Positions 35,373-46,309 of a DNA stretch of 64,000 nucleotides are shown piece by piece; positions within the stretch are counted from its first letter, which is position 1; each line of letters begins with the position of its first letter. Source of the DNA: an uncultured Candidatus Peribacteria bacterium (GTDB taxonomy: Bacteria; Patescibacteriota; Gracilibacteria; BD1-5; UBA2023); NCBI GenBank assembly GCA_964555845.1, contig CAZKUA010000006.1, forward strand, positions 8,215 through 72,214. Direction: 5' to 3'. The position numbers and the translations under genes were made by a program. The notes under the pieces are model-generated. The model was not told the origin of the DNA. It saw nothing but the letters and a program-made list of their open reading frames with translations, and ran no database searches.

Positions 35373-36740
35373 TTAATTACACTGCTCCTCGAACCCAGCG
35401 CCATCAATTAGGTGACTTTTGTTGCAATCAATGTATTTAATTCATTTTTCTAGTACTACATTATCTTCTTCTTTTGAACTGAAATTTTTGTTAAAATAAT
35501 TATCAAATTCTATTTTGAGTCATTTTGTAAAACTCTTTAGCTCAACGCTCGGATCCATAAAGCTTTCATAAGTTACATATTCGTAATCTTTTGATACACT
35601 TTCTTTTTTTCTTTGGTCTTCTAGGGCCCTTATTGCGCTTAAATAAGCTGGGAATGATTTTAGATACTTTTCTTGAGCTTCTTGTCTAGATAGATAATTC
35701 ATAAAATCGTATCCCATAGCCAGATTTTGAGTTTGTTTTGATAGTGCAAAATAATTGTAATTAACTAAATTAGTAGCACTATTATCTTCTTTATTTGAAG
35801 ATATTTGAGGTAATGGAGAGGTTCTAAGAAATTTTTTATTAATATTTACAGTTCCAGAAGTTCTTTTTATAGCAAGCTCAATTTCTTTAACTAAAGAAGG
35901 GTATCCAATTATCATTCATATTTTTCATCTTACAAACATATCTACTGTTGTAAGACCGAGTGAATCCATTTCATCTTGGAATTTTGTAATATCATTGTTT
36001 GGGTCTGTGGCATAGGATTTATAAGCTTTCATCGCGAGAATCGCATTATTTGATTTTAAATCTTTATAGTTATTAACTCAGTTTTGTAACAAAAACACCG
36101 ATAAAATATCTGGAGCTTTGAAAATATATTTTTCTCCAAGTCATAATCAAATTGTAATATAATCACTACTTTGCTCAGAATTTTTGATTTCTTCGTCAAG
36201 CTCAGCCCATGTTGCAGGGGTATTTCTCACTAATTTCCAATTATAAAAAACTCAAAGAGTTTCATATCCAAGTGGTATTCATTTTAAATATGTTTTTACT
36301 AAATCTCAATCTTTTTCTTTTAAAATCATATCATCAAAGGCCTTATTAAACCTTTTTGAAAAATCTAGGGAATCAATAACTTCGTTTGGAATTGCTTGAA
36401 TTTTTGTCTCAAGTAAATCTCATCAATTATTATTTACTACAAAAACATCCGGAGAATTATTGTCAGCCATTACAGTCAATAGGGTTTTCTCATAATCCTC
36501 ATAAGAACTAAATTTTGTAAATTTTATATTTGTATTCTCATAGCTCGGATATCTTTGCTTAAATCAAGAGATTATATCGCTAAAACCCGCACTCTCATCT
36601 CCAACCACCCACACATTAAATTCCTTTGGACCAGAGACTTTTTTTTTATTACTAGATGAATTAAGTAGTGAAACTCAATAAACTATAATCATAAGCAAAA
36701 CTGCTCACAACGCTCAAAATATCATTTTGTTTTTTGACAT
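35373..36740 (-). CDS. ABC-transporter extracellular solute-binding protein (family 1-like), 455 aa
   Basis: N-terminal anchor, then FNVWVVGDES...PDVFVV...GIPLGYETLGVFYN pattern. Extends track ORF 35520-35915 in frame. Confidence 0.65.
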
Positions 36741-36753
36741 AAAACTTGTATTA

Positions 36754-37065
36754 TTAATTAGCTAAAAAATGTAGGTGTATATGCATTATTTCCTGTCATC
36801 CGCCCTTTCAGACATTAAAAGTTAATTGGTATCATTCTATATTTCTCTCTTTTGCCAAATTCCTCGCCATCAGAAACATCCCTCCAACAACATCTCTATC
36901 ACTATCTTTCATATCAGTAATTGTGCTTATATGGCGTTTTGGAATTATCAACATATGAGTTTTTGCCTTTGGATATAAATCGTTTATCACTATATAATTC
37001 TCATCTTCATAAAGAAAAGTTGAAGGAATTTCTCAATTTATTATTTTACAAAAAAGACAGTCCAT
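36754..37065 (-). CDS. HIT-family (histidine triad) nucleotide hydrolase, 103 aa
   Basis: CLFCKII...E and the HIHLHFL triad. Confidence 0.85.
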
Positions 37066-37163
37066 AAGTTTTAAAAATTAGTTATTTTTCATTTTATTTT
37101 CTTCCAATATTTCCAGTATATCTAAAAAAAATAAAATTCAAATTTTGAAATTAATTTTTCACT

Positions 37164-37191
37164 TGTTTTTTCATTTTTTTGAATTATAATA
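37164..37191 (+). promoter_or_regulatory. Candidate promoter for the second tail-fibre-like gene
   Basis: TTGTTT, 16-nt spacer, TATAAT. Confidence 0.45.
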
Positions 37192-37225
37192 CTTCCGATT
37201 TCATTTATAATTTAACTTTTTTATT

Positions 37226-38260
37226 ATGAAGCTCCCAAAAAATTTATATTCCCGCCTAACTCTAATAACTGTAGCCACAGTTGTAACTTGATATGCTATA
37301 ATATATGCATACACAAATTTACCAACTCAGGAATCTTGAAATCCTCTTACAAAAACTATTTGGAATGATGTAGTAAATAAAATAAATGATATCTGAACAA
37401 GAACTGACTGAATTACCAGTAGTGTTTGAGGAAAAGTATGAGTTTGAACTACAAATCCATATGCTAAAATACATTCAATGTGACAAACATTTATGATGTG
37501 ATCTACGCCTGACTTAAATTGGTGATCAGTTTGAAGTGTATTCCAATGAGAATTCTGAGCCGCAAGCGGAAATACCTATACAAAATTAGAATCATTTGTG
37601 AACTGAGGATCTGGGTACGGTGATTTAGTTTTAAATCCAGGATGATGAAATGTTAATATTGGTCCATATGAATTATGAGGAAGTAAATTAAAAATTGTAC
37701 AACCTACAGATAATCTCCGGACAGCTTTAATAAAAAGCACTAGTCCAACTACATGATTAAATTTCTGATTAACAGTTAGAGCGTGAACAAATTCAGCTGA
37801 TTCAGGATTTTTAGTTATGGATAAAAATTCAACTGTATATCAATTTTATGTTAGATGAGATGGTAATGTTTGAATTTGAACAAATAATCCTTGAACAGAT
37901 AAGCTTTATGTTAACTGAACTGCTAGAGGAACTTCATGGACAAATATATCAGATCAAAGATATAAAAAGAATATAACTCCAATAAATAATTCTCTAGATA
38001 AAGTATTAAAACTTAATTGAGTAACTTTTGATTGGAGAGTCGATGAATTTAAGAATAAAAATTTCCCAGAATGAAAACAGGTTTGATTTATAGCCCAAGA
38101 AGTGGAAAAAGTAATCCCTGAAGTTGTAACAACTGATGGAGAATGATATAAATGAGTAGAATATGCGAATATTACTGCATTACTTGTAAATGCAATAAAA
38201 GAACAACAAAAGCAAATTGAGGAATTAAAAAGCGAGATAAGGGAATTTAAAAATAAATAA
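37226..38260 (+). CDS. Tail-fibre-like surface protein with S74 chaperone domain, paralog of 32721-33740; 344 aa
   Basis: SDQRYKKNI...LNGVTFDWR...VGFIAQEVEKVIPEVV...VEYANITALLVNAIKE. It shares the N-terminal WN..V..IND motif with its paralog. Confidence 0.8.
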
Positions 38261-38269
38261 AACCAAGTA

Positions 38270-38295
38270 AAAATCCCAGCTTGCGCTGGGATTTT
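38270..38295. terminator. Bidirectional rho-independent terminator
   Basis: aaaatcccagc-ttgc-gctgggatttt. Confidence 0.8.
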
Positions 38296-38311
38296 TTGAG
38301 AAATATAAAAA

Positions 38312-38815
38312 TTATTTACTCATCATCGGACAATTTCCGCTATTTCCACCTCTCATTCATCCTCTTCCTCCACCTCTTTTTCCTCACATTTTACCTCACA
38401 TTCCACCTTGACCAAAAGCTCACATTTTAGCTGTAATAGCTCTATCTTGGATAGATTTTACAGTTGCGGCATCAGTTGATGTCATTGTTACCTTTGTTCC
38501 ATTAGCTAATTTTTCTCTTTTTACAGTAATTAGAGAATTAGCTGGAGTTTTTGCTTGATTTTTATCAAACATTGATTGCATATGAGCTAAAGTATCTGCA
38601 TCAGTTGTTGTCATAGTTATTTCAACCCCATTTGCAATATTGTTCACAGTTCTTGTGATTTTAGATGCATATAAGCCTTGATTAACTGCTCCCGAATTAT
38701 TTCTTTGAGCAAAATTTCCTCCTGATGACATTTGTCATCTTGCCGCGTATGTAGATGATACAAGTATTGCACCAAGTGCTACAACTCAAGCGGTAATTAA
38801 AAGTGCTTTTTTCAT
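38312..38815 (-). CDS. Secreted protein with internal duplication and a Gly/Met/Arg-rich C-terminal tail, 167 aa
   Basis: Signal peptide MKKALLITAGVVALGAILVSSTYA, two copies of V.ITMT.TDA.T, and the tail GQGGMGGKMGGKRGGGRGGMRGG, which is rich in TGA. Confidence 0.6.
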
Positions 38816-38884
38816 AATATATAAAATTAATAATAAATAAAAGTTTAAATTCAAGCTTGACCGAGAGATAAGGAAGGGCATTCT

Positions 38885-38908
38885 GTCATTCCCGTGAAGA
38901 CGGGAATC
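38885..38908. repeat. GTCATTCC...GGAATC hairpin repeat copy
   Basis: gtcattcccgtgaagacgggaatc. Confidence 0.8.
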
Positions 38909-38978
38909 TATTAAAATCAAAATTACTTTCTTCTCTCTCAAAAATTAATACGAAAGAGTGAATTTTTTCTTTCAAAAA

Positions 38979-39010
38979 AAACTCCCAAACCTCATGAGGT
39001 TTGGGAGTTT
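38979..39010 (-). terminator. Rho-independent terminator of the 39028-40059 gene
   Basis: 14-bp stem aaactcccaaacct/aggtttgggagttt, with a T run on the minus strand. Confidence 0.8.
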
Positions 39011-39027
39011 TTAAATTCTTAAGTTTT

Positions 39028-40059
39028 TTAATTTCTCTCAAGATATTTTACTATTTTATCTGAATTTTCATTTTTCATTCCTCTTAATACCCCAAGTGCT
39101 ATACTTTTTAATTCATAAGATTTTCTAAAAATATCATTATATACTATTTCTGGATATAATTTAAACATAATTTCTAATATATCTTTAATTGACCTATTAT
39201 TTTTAAATTTTTCTATAATAACTAAATATATTTTATCAGTATTTCTAACAATTTCAATATTGTTTTTATTTAAATAATCAATAACAAATAAATGATCTTT
39301 ATCTGCAAAATATTCCTCAATAATATTTTTATTTTCAGCATACACATTACCACCAATTTCAACTAATTTAAATAAAAAATCATTTCATTCATCTTGTAAA
39401 ATTTGCTGAGAGATAGCATTCATCCATATATATGTATACCCTGATTTTTCCGCAAGTTTTAGAAGAAATTCTTTATCATTTCTAAGCTCTAAAGGAAGAG
39501 TCTTTCATATATTTTGAAATGTAACTCCGGCATTAACAAGTTTCATAAAGAAATTTCTATTAAGGATTTTTTTCTCATATAATTCATTCGTAATATCTAC
39601 CTTTTCTTTTATTTTTTCAGGTCCCATATTTAGCTTCCCATTAGGACTATGATAGCCACTATAATTCAAGACCACTTCTCTTTCTTCTTGAATTCCATTA
39701 AATTCCCCTTTTGCTATAATTTTTGCTAAAATTTCTTCTTCATTTAACATACTGTCATATAATACATCCATAGTATTTAGTCATTCAGTTTTTCCGTGGC
39801 GAATATTTTTGTCTGCCTGCCTTTGGGCCTCCATAAAGTGTTTGTCTGCATCTTTGCGGACAAATCCGGTTTCATCTTCGGTATTTATGAAGTCATCACG
39901 AAAAGCACGTGGCAAATCTTCCACTTTTTTATATTTTGGATCACTTGGATTAAAAAGTATTTGAGCCACACTTTTTCTTGTAGTTTGTTCTACAATTAAT
40001 TCTCAAGTAGTATCTATTTCTTGTTTTCCAGCATTAGCTGGATTAGGTGTATTAACCAT
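39028..40059 (-). CDS. Hypothetical protein, 343 aa, possibly with DUF4116-like repeats
   Basis: Three track ORFs (starts 39345, 39771, 39969) share a frame and join through TGA. LRNDKEFLLKLAEKSG resembles DUF4116. Confidence 0.5.
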
Positions 40060-40083
40060 AATTATAAGGTTTAGGTAATAAAG

Positions 40084-40779
40084 TTATACATAATATGCTT
40101 TTGGTGGATTTATCTTTTTTCCAAAATGTTTTTTAAATTCACTGAGAGTAAATATTTTGTCTGCAGGAAAATCTCGCGGTCATTCCCGGGCTTTTTCAAA
40201 TCATAAAATCTCAAAGATAACTTGTTTTCATCAATGAATAAGTATATTTAAAATTCTTTCATTCATTTTTTTATCTCAAAAATCTATAGAAACTCGCTCA
40301 TCCCAAGCAGTAGAAGCAAAATTCTCTCAACTATTTTTGTAAAAAAAGACTTGTGAAGGCTCTTGTGTAAGTTTTCATCTATCTCTTAATACACCTTCTC
40401 GCATTAGACTATTAATTATACTTAAAGTTTTATTATGCAATTCATCCCATTGTTCTCAGTAAATTCTTTTGACATTTTGTTCTACAATTAATTCAAAATC
40501 ATTTAACAAGTTATTTAAACGAATTTCTTTTTGTTTTTGCATTTCTAGTTCGTGATTTTTTCTCTTTTTTTCAAATAATTTTTGTCAAATATACTCAGCT
40601 TTTTTCTCTCACTTTAATATTTCATTTGCTCTACAAGAAAACATAGATTTCAGCATACCAAGCTCATTTTCTCTGTAAGGCTTTTCAATATATGCCATTT
40701 CCTCAGCTATTTGAGAATCTATTATTTTTCCATTATTATCCTTTAATCCATAAGGAAAGTCAACAAAATTCGTTGTCAT
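40084..40779 (-). CDS. Hypothetical protein, 231 aa; N-terminal module paralogous to 46310-47461
   Basis: MTTNFVD...IDSQIAEEMAYIEKPYRENELGMLKSMF...ANEILKG. Confidence 0.5.
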
Positions 40780-40856
40780 AATTATTAAAGTTAAAAATTA
40801 ATTTATATCTATGTTATCATTTTATTTCTATTTTTGCAAATATCTGAATTTTAGTT

Positions 40857-41984
40857 CTAAACTTGTTTGTGTTCTAGTATTTTTACTCAATATTCTTCTT
40901 CTAATTTATCTTTTTCTAGGTCATCGAAAGTAAATGAAACTTCCAATCAACTGCAATCTTGTTTGCTACATACATTAAATCAAAATATTTGGTTTTGTTC
41001 TAGAATTTGATAAATTTGGTTAATATTCGCTCATCCAGTCCATATAGATAATGAAATTCATTTTTCTTGTGATAACTTAAAGGCTTCTTGGAAAAGTTCT
41101 TTTCTAAATTTTCAATCTTTAAATAATGTACCATCCCAATCAATAAACACTCATTTCATACTTATAAATTCGTTATTTTGTGTTTTTATGGTCTTACTAT
41201 TCATCACCTGGTCTATGATTTCTTCATCAGTTCAAGATAATCAAAGTCATCTCGCTTTGCCGATGAGTTTATTTTTATCATAATCTGCAACACCATTAAG
41301 AGCATGTCATAGATCATGGCGAATACCAGATAAATTTCTCTCAATATGAGCATTATCTACTCAACTTCTTCCTCAATAAATCATATTTTCTATCATAATA
41401 TCTCTAATCTCCTCATTTGTCGTATTTTTTCATTCATCGCTTTCTTTGATAGTTCTTTGAAAAAATTCCTTCATAGAAAAAATTCTTACATTTGGATATT
41501 TAGATATTTTCCTCATTATACCGACTACATCAGGGCCATAACTACCATCTCTTCAAAATTTATTATCTATAAGTATCACCGGAAGTGTTGGATATAGATC
41601 AAGCAGTTGAATTATTTTTCAAAATCAAACTGTTCAATTATTGCCTGATATTCATGAAATGCCTGTTACGAAAATACCTTTTTTAAATCTATAATCTCAG
41701 GTATTTTGAAGAATTTCAGAAAAAACCATTTCCCAAATGTGTCAATTATCACTATCTACATCTGTGGGATTTAATCTTTCTCATCTAATTTCCAGAATTT
41801 TATCTGCAATATCTCAATTTAGAATTAAATTAGATTTTGAATTTCAATCACCCAATATTCAATCAAATGCTTCTCTAAATTGATCTGTAACTTTTTCTAG
41901 GTCATCAATCCAAGAGCTTGAAATTGCGGGTTTTTCACCCTGATTTTCACTCAGTCAATCTTTTTTAATATCATCAGTTGTCAT
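40857..41984 (-). CDS. Hypothetical protein with C-terminal HAD-like DxDxT motif, 375 aa
   Basis: VFIDWDGTLF is in frame (checked at 41141). A Gly-rich loop VTGISGISG is present. Confidence 0.45.
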
Positions 41985-42017
41985 AGTATTAAAAGTTAAG
42001 TTATAAAATATTTTTTC

Positions 42018-42165
42018 AAAGAAATTAAATTTCCTTGACAAGATGAGAATACATATTTAAAAATATTTCACAAAAACTCTTGTAAAATATTTAAAAAATA
42101 CAAGAGTTTATGGCTTATTAGTGAGATAATATTTTGTTGTCTGGATAAGACAAATAAAATTTATG
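42018..42165. repeat. Copy B of a conserved non-coding element of about 150 bp
   Basis: Shares long blocks with 47495-47648: ccttgaca, aaatatttcacaaaa, caagagttt and gacaaataaa. Confidence 0.7.
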
Positions 42166-43108
42166 ATTCTTCATTTATTCACTTTACAAAATCCATTCGC
42201 GCTTCAAATTTCTTTTTATTTTCTTCAGTTACTGGATTATTTTTTAATTTAGAAACAAGTTGAAAATCTCAGCCATCCTGATTAGAATAGGGAACTTGCA
42301 TAGCTCTTTCTTTATATCAAAACTTCTCTAATAATTCTTGTGCTGGTTGTGTATTTTGAGTTATAAAAGTATTTCATGTTGAATTTACAAAACATAATAC
42401 AGAATTATTTGAATAGAAAGTTCAAATACTCTCTAAATCTATATTTGGTATTCAGATGGAATTATAAACTCATTTATAGAAATTAACTTCATATTCTTTA
42501 TAAGGATGTAATATTTTTTTACCATTTACCATGAAAAAAGTTCAATCTGGCAATGGAGAATCATCAAATCTTAGTAACTCTCAAATTCTTTTATAATCAC
42601 TTAGCGTTTTTTCTTTATTTCATTCTATAAATCAATAAATTTTATCATGATGGGAAAATATAGATTTCATTGGAAATTTATTATCCCAATCATCTATAAT
42701 TTTTCATAAAATATAATCTCATTTTTTCATTCTATCAGGCTTTCATTCCCATTCTTTTTGAGATAAATGTTTATCAAAAAGCTTAGATAAATCACTTTGA
42801 TTATTTCTAAATTCGTCTCTGTTAAATAAATTACTCTGATACGGAATAAAATATACGACTCAATTATATACAATCAAAAAATCTCTAGATTTTCATTCTT
42901 TATCTCATATAAAAGAGCAGAAATTATCTAAATTATCCTTCATATAATTTTCTTCTCAAAAGAAACTTCTAGCGTCTGTAGATATTACAGATCAGCACTT
43001 CAATAAATCTTTAAAAAAATTTATTCATGTTTCTTTTTCCTTACTTTCTTGATTTTGTCATATTACACCATTCTGTAAAAGAGTTCATTCTGTAGGATTA
43101 TTGTTCAT
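42161..43108 (-). CDS. Hypothetical protein, 315 aa
   Basis: Table-25 ORF of 948 nt. No family recognised. Confidence 0.45.
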
Positions 43109-43239
43109 AAAAATTTATATTAAAATTATAAATATCAAGTTAATTGTATCATAAAATTTCAAATAACACAAATTTTGCCATTTTTACTAAAATATGTTAT
43201 ACTAATATTAATTTCAGTAAGTTTTTTACAAACAAAACA

Positions 43240-44547
43240 ATGAAAAATCGTGATAATTATAGGAATTATAGGAATGACTATATCAAAAGACTTTCTTTTG
43301 GTGAAGATTTTTCTGCGAAAAAGAAAGTTTCTTTGTTTAAGAGACATGTTTCTATTTGAATTAACTCTATTTTAGATCAAAACAAGAGCTTATCAAAAGA
43401 AGATTTTCCATTTTTGAAAATGAGAGATTATGAAAGAGGAATTTTTAGAGATATCTTGAATATATCAAAAGAAGAAAATAATCTCAAAAATGAACGAACA
43501 AATATTGATGTTTTATATAATATGAATGAGTTTAAATTAAATTTATATGGATTATTAAATCAAATAAATGCCGAAAAATTAACCGCAGAAAAATTATTTA
43601 TTTTGCTTGTAAATGAATTTGGAACTTATTTAGATTCAATTGGTTTAAATATTAATAAATCCATTCAGTCTCAACAAAAAATTTGAGATAAAATAGGTGA
43701 ATTTGAATTACAAAAAATCAAAAAAATCTCTAAAATACTTTATTCATATTTTTTAAAAAGTTGAAATTCATATCTTGGAAGGAAATTTTTATCTTTTTTG
43801 TGAGATAAAAATGAGGCTAAAAAGGTTTTAAGTAAAAGAAGGCTATATTTTCCAAACTGAATGGATTATCGCGACGCTGACATTTATGAATTAATTCTAA
43901 ATTATGCCTCAAAATCCGAAAAAAGAATAGCAACAGAGCAATATATAAGACAGTATGGAATGGGTTATCCATTTTTTGACTCGATGCCTTATTTTAAGAC
44001 AAAAATTGATAAAATAAATTCTCAACTCGAGAAATATTGTAAAAAATATAATATTCCATTTAAACAATTACTTAATGCCGAAAGCCTTAATATGGCAGTT
44101 GAAACTCTTAGAAATAACTATGATCTTACAATTTGAATACTTGGAAGTGGCACTGGAGTCGCAGCTTTACACGAAATGTTTGGTAGAAATGTGGGATATA
44201 TGGAGTGGCACAAAAAATGGAAAAAAGAGGCAGTATGGAGAAAAATATGAGAAAATGAATGAAAGATAAATTCAAAAAATCCTAAAAAAATTCTAGTTTG
44301 TGAACATGATACAAGCACATGAGCTACGCTCACACAATTAAAAGAGCGCTTTGAAAAACTCTATCCAGAGTCAATTGTTGATATTTGTTTCCTATATGAT
44401 TTTTGAAAAAATGCAGATTTTGTAGATAATGTCTGATTTTTCAGAAAATGTATCAATCCCAGAGAAATAGTCCAAGTGTATTTTTTCGATAATATAGAGA
44501 TACTATATAAAATGGTAAATTCAAAGGAATTTAAGGCCAAACTCTAG
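43240..44547 (+). CDS. Hypothetical protein with C-terminal phosphoribosyltransferase-like motif, 435 aa
   Basis: Track ORFs 43144, 43414 and 43861 share a frame. KILVCEHDTSTGATL resembles a PRTase PRPP loop. Confidence 0.5.
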
Positions 44548-44576
44548 AAATTTTGCAAAAATTTTTTAAAAAAAAC

Positions 44577-44604
44577 TTGTATTTTAAATAAAAAATATTA
44601 TAAT
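44577..44604 (+). promoter_or_regulatory. Sigma70-type promoter
   Basis: TTGTAT, 16-nt spacer, TATAAT. Confidence 0.5.
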
Positions 44605-44650
44605 AGTTCGTGGTTCTATATGAACTATGAACTATTATAAATAAAATCAA

Positions 44651-45628
44651 ATGAAAACTGATACAAGAGAAAAAATAATGCAAATAATTTCCCTTAAATA
44701 TCCTATTTGAGTGACTCAAATAAGTAATATTTTAGGTTTTTCAAATGAAATAATTCATAGACATCTAAAAAAACTTATAAATGAAAATAAAATTTATAAA
44801 GTAGGTTCTCCACCTAAGGTTTATTATTTTCCAGTAGTTGAAGTTAAAAAAAATATTATTTCTATAAAGAGAGAGGATAGCGAATTTTTATTAAATAATT
44901 TTTTAGAATTTACTCCAGATGGACAGATTTTATATTGAATAGAATGATTTCAAAATTGGTGTGAAAAAAGATGATTAGATACCCTAAAAGAATTAGAAAT
45001 ATATAAGAAAACTCAAGAAAAATATAATAGATTCAAAAATAATTTTTTATTAATTGATTGAATGGAAAAAATGAAAAATACTTTTGAAAAGGTATATCTT
45101 GATGAAGTATACTATCTCGATTTTTATTCAATTGAAAAATACTGAAAAACTCTACTTGGAAATTTAATGTTTTATTGAAAACAAACGGCAGATAAAGAAA
45201 TTATATATAAAGTTTTAAATTATATAAAAAACCCAATAGAAAATCTAATAAATGCGAAAAATATAGATAGTTTTGCATTTATTCCACCTTCAATTAAGAG
45301 AAAGATTCAAATTCTTGATGAATTAAAAAAATGATTAAATATAAATCTTAAGGAATTAAAATTACTGAAAATTTTCAAAGATAAAATTGTTTCTCAAAAA
45401 TCTCTTAATAAAAAAGAAGATAGAATTATAAATGCTCGCGATACGATTTTTATTAAAAATAAAGATTTTGTATCAGACAAGATTCTACTTATTGATGATG
45501 CAGTTGGGTCTTGATCAACACTTAATGAAACAGCGAAAAAAATTAAAGAATCTTGAATAAGTAAATATGTAATTTGAATTGCAATTGTAGGAAGTTACAA
45601 GGGTTTTGAAATTATCAATGAAGTATAG
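44651..45628 (+). CDS. ComF-like phosphoribosyltransferase with N-terminal winged-helix domain, 325 aa
   Basis: VTQISNILGFSNEIIHRHLKKLINENKI is HTH-like and ILLIDDAVGSGSTLNETAKKIKE is a PRTase motif. I translated the whole gene codon by codon. Confidence 0.65.
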
Positions 45629-45662
45629 TTTATAAGTATAATTTTACTAAACTCTAGAATTT

Positions 45663-45691
45663 TTGCAAAAAAAGAAATTATATGATATAAT
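45663..45691 (+). promoter_or_regulatory. Sigma70-type promoter
   Basis: TTGCAA, 17-nt spacer, TATAAT. Confidence 0.6.
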
Positions 45692-45722
45692 TAACTTATA
45701 TTTACTTTTTAAACATAAAATT

Positions 45723-46241
45723 ATGGCAGGAGAAGCCCCAAAAAATAATATACCTCAAGTACCAAAACAAGAGGTTATACTTGGCCCAATAGAACAGTTA
45801 ATAAAACTTCGTGAGGATTTTGAAACAAAACAACCATCTTTTGCAAATTATACCAAACAAAAATGATATGTTGAAATGAAAGTAGATGATCCAGAAACAC
45901 AAATGGCTTATAAAGTAGTTAAAAAGAAGGAAGAAAAAGAGGCGCATAATTCACCAGATGAATATCTTCTTGATATTTCACTTTTGGTAAAAGATCCTGA
46001 ATGAGTAAAACAAATTTTAAGTCAAAATATTAATGTATCAAATGGACATATTGGTAGTCTAATTCATATTGATTTTTATACAATTCATATAACATATTTA
46101 ACAAAAGATTGACTTCCGAAATCAAAAATAATTATCCTTAAGGATGACGGTGGTAGAAAAACTAATATACCCTATTGAAATAGTACTGCCTGATCAGAAA
46201 ATAATCTTGCTATTAGAAACTTAACAGTATTTAAGAAATAA
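45723..46241 (+). CDS. Hypothetical protein, 172 aa
   Basis: The ATG lies within track ORF 45663-45866 and the ORF continues through TGA. Confidence 0.45.
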
Positions 46242-46264
46242 TTTTTGCAAAAATTTTCAGAAAA

Positions 46265-46287
46265 AAAACTGGCTAAAAGCCAGTTTT
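46265..46287. terminator. Bidirectional rho-independent terminator
   Basis: aaaactggc-taaaa-gccagtttt, flanked by A and T runs. Confidence 0.8.
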
Positions 46288-46309
46288 TTTGGTCTCTCAA
46301 GAGAGTAGT

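Noticed and set aside
32721-38260. Prophage, suggested by the tail-fibre/S74 domains
   Set aside because: No capsid, portal, terminase, integrase or lysis genes are present. The intervening genes are cellular (binding protein, HIT, transporter, TA pair).
43240-45628. Retron or other reverse-transcriptase-based system (PRTase plus wHTH, and structured RNA at 62676-62880)
   Set aside because: I found no reverse-transcriptase-like ORF anywhere in the window, and the two loci are 17 kb apart.
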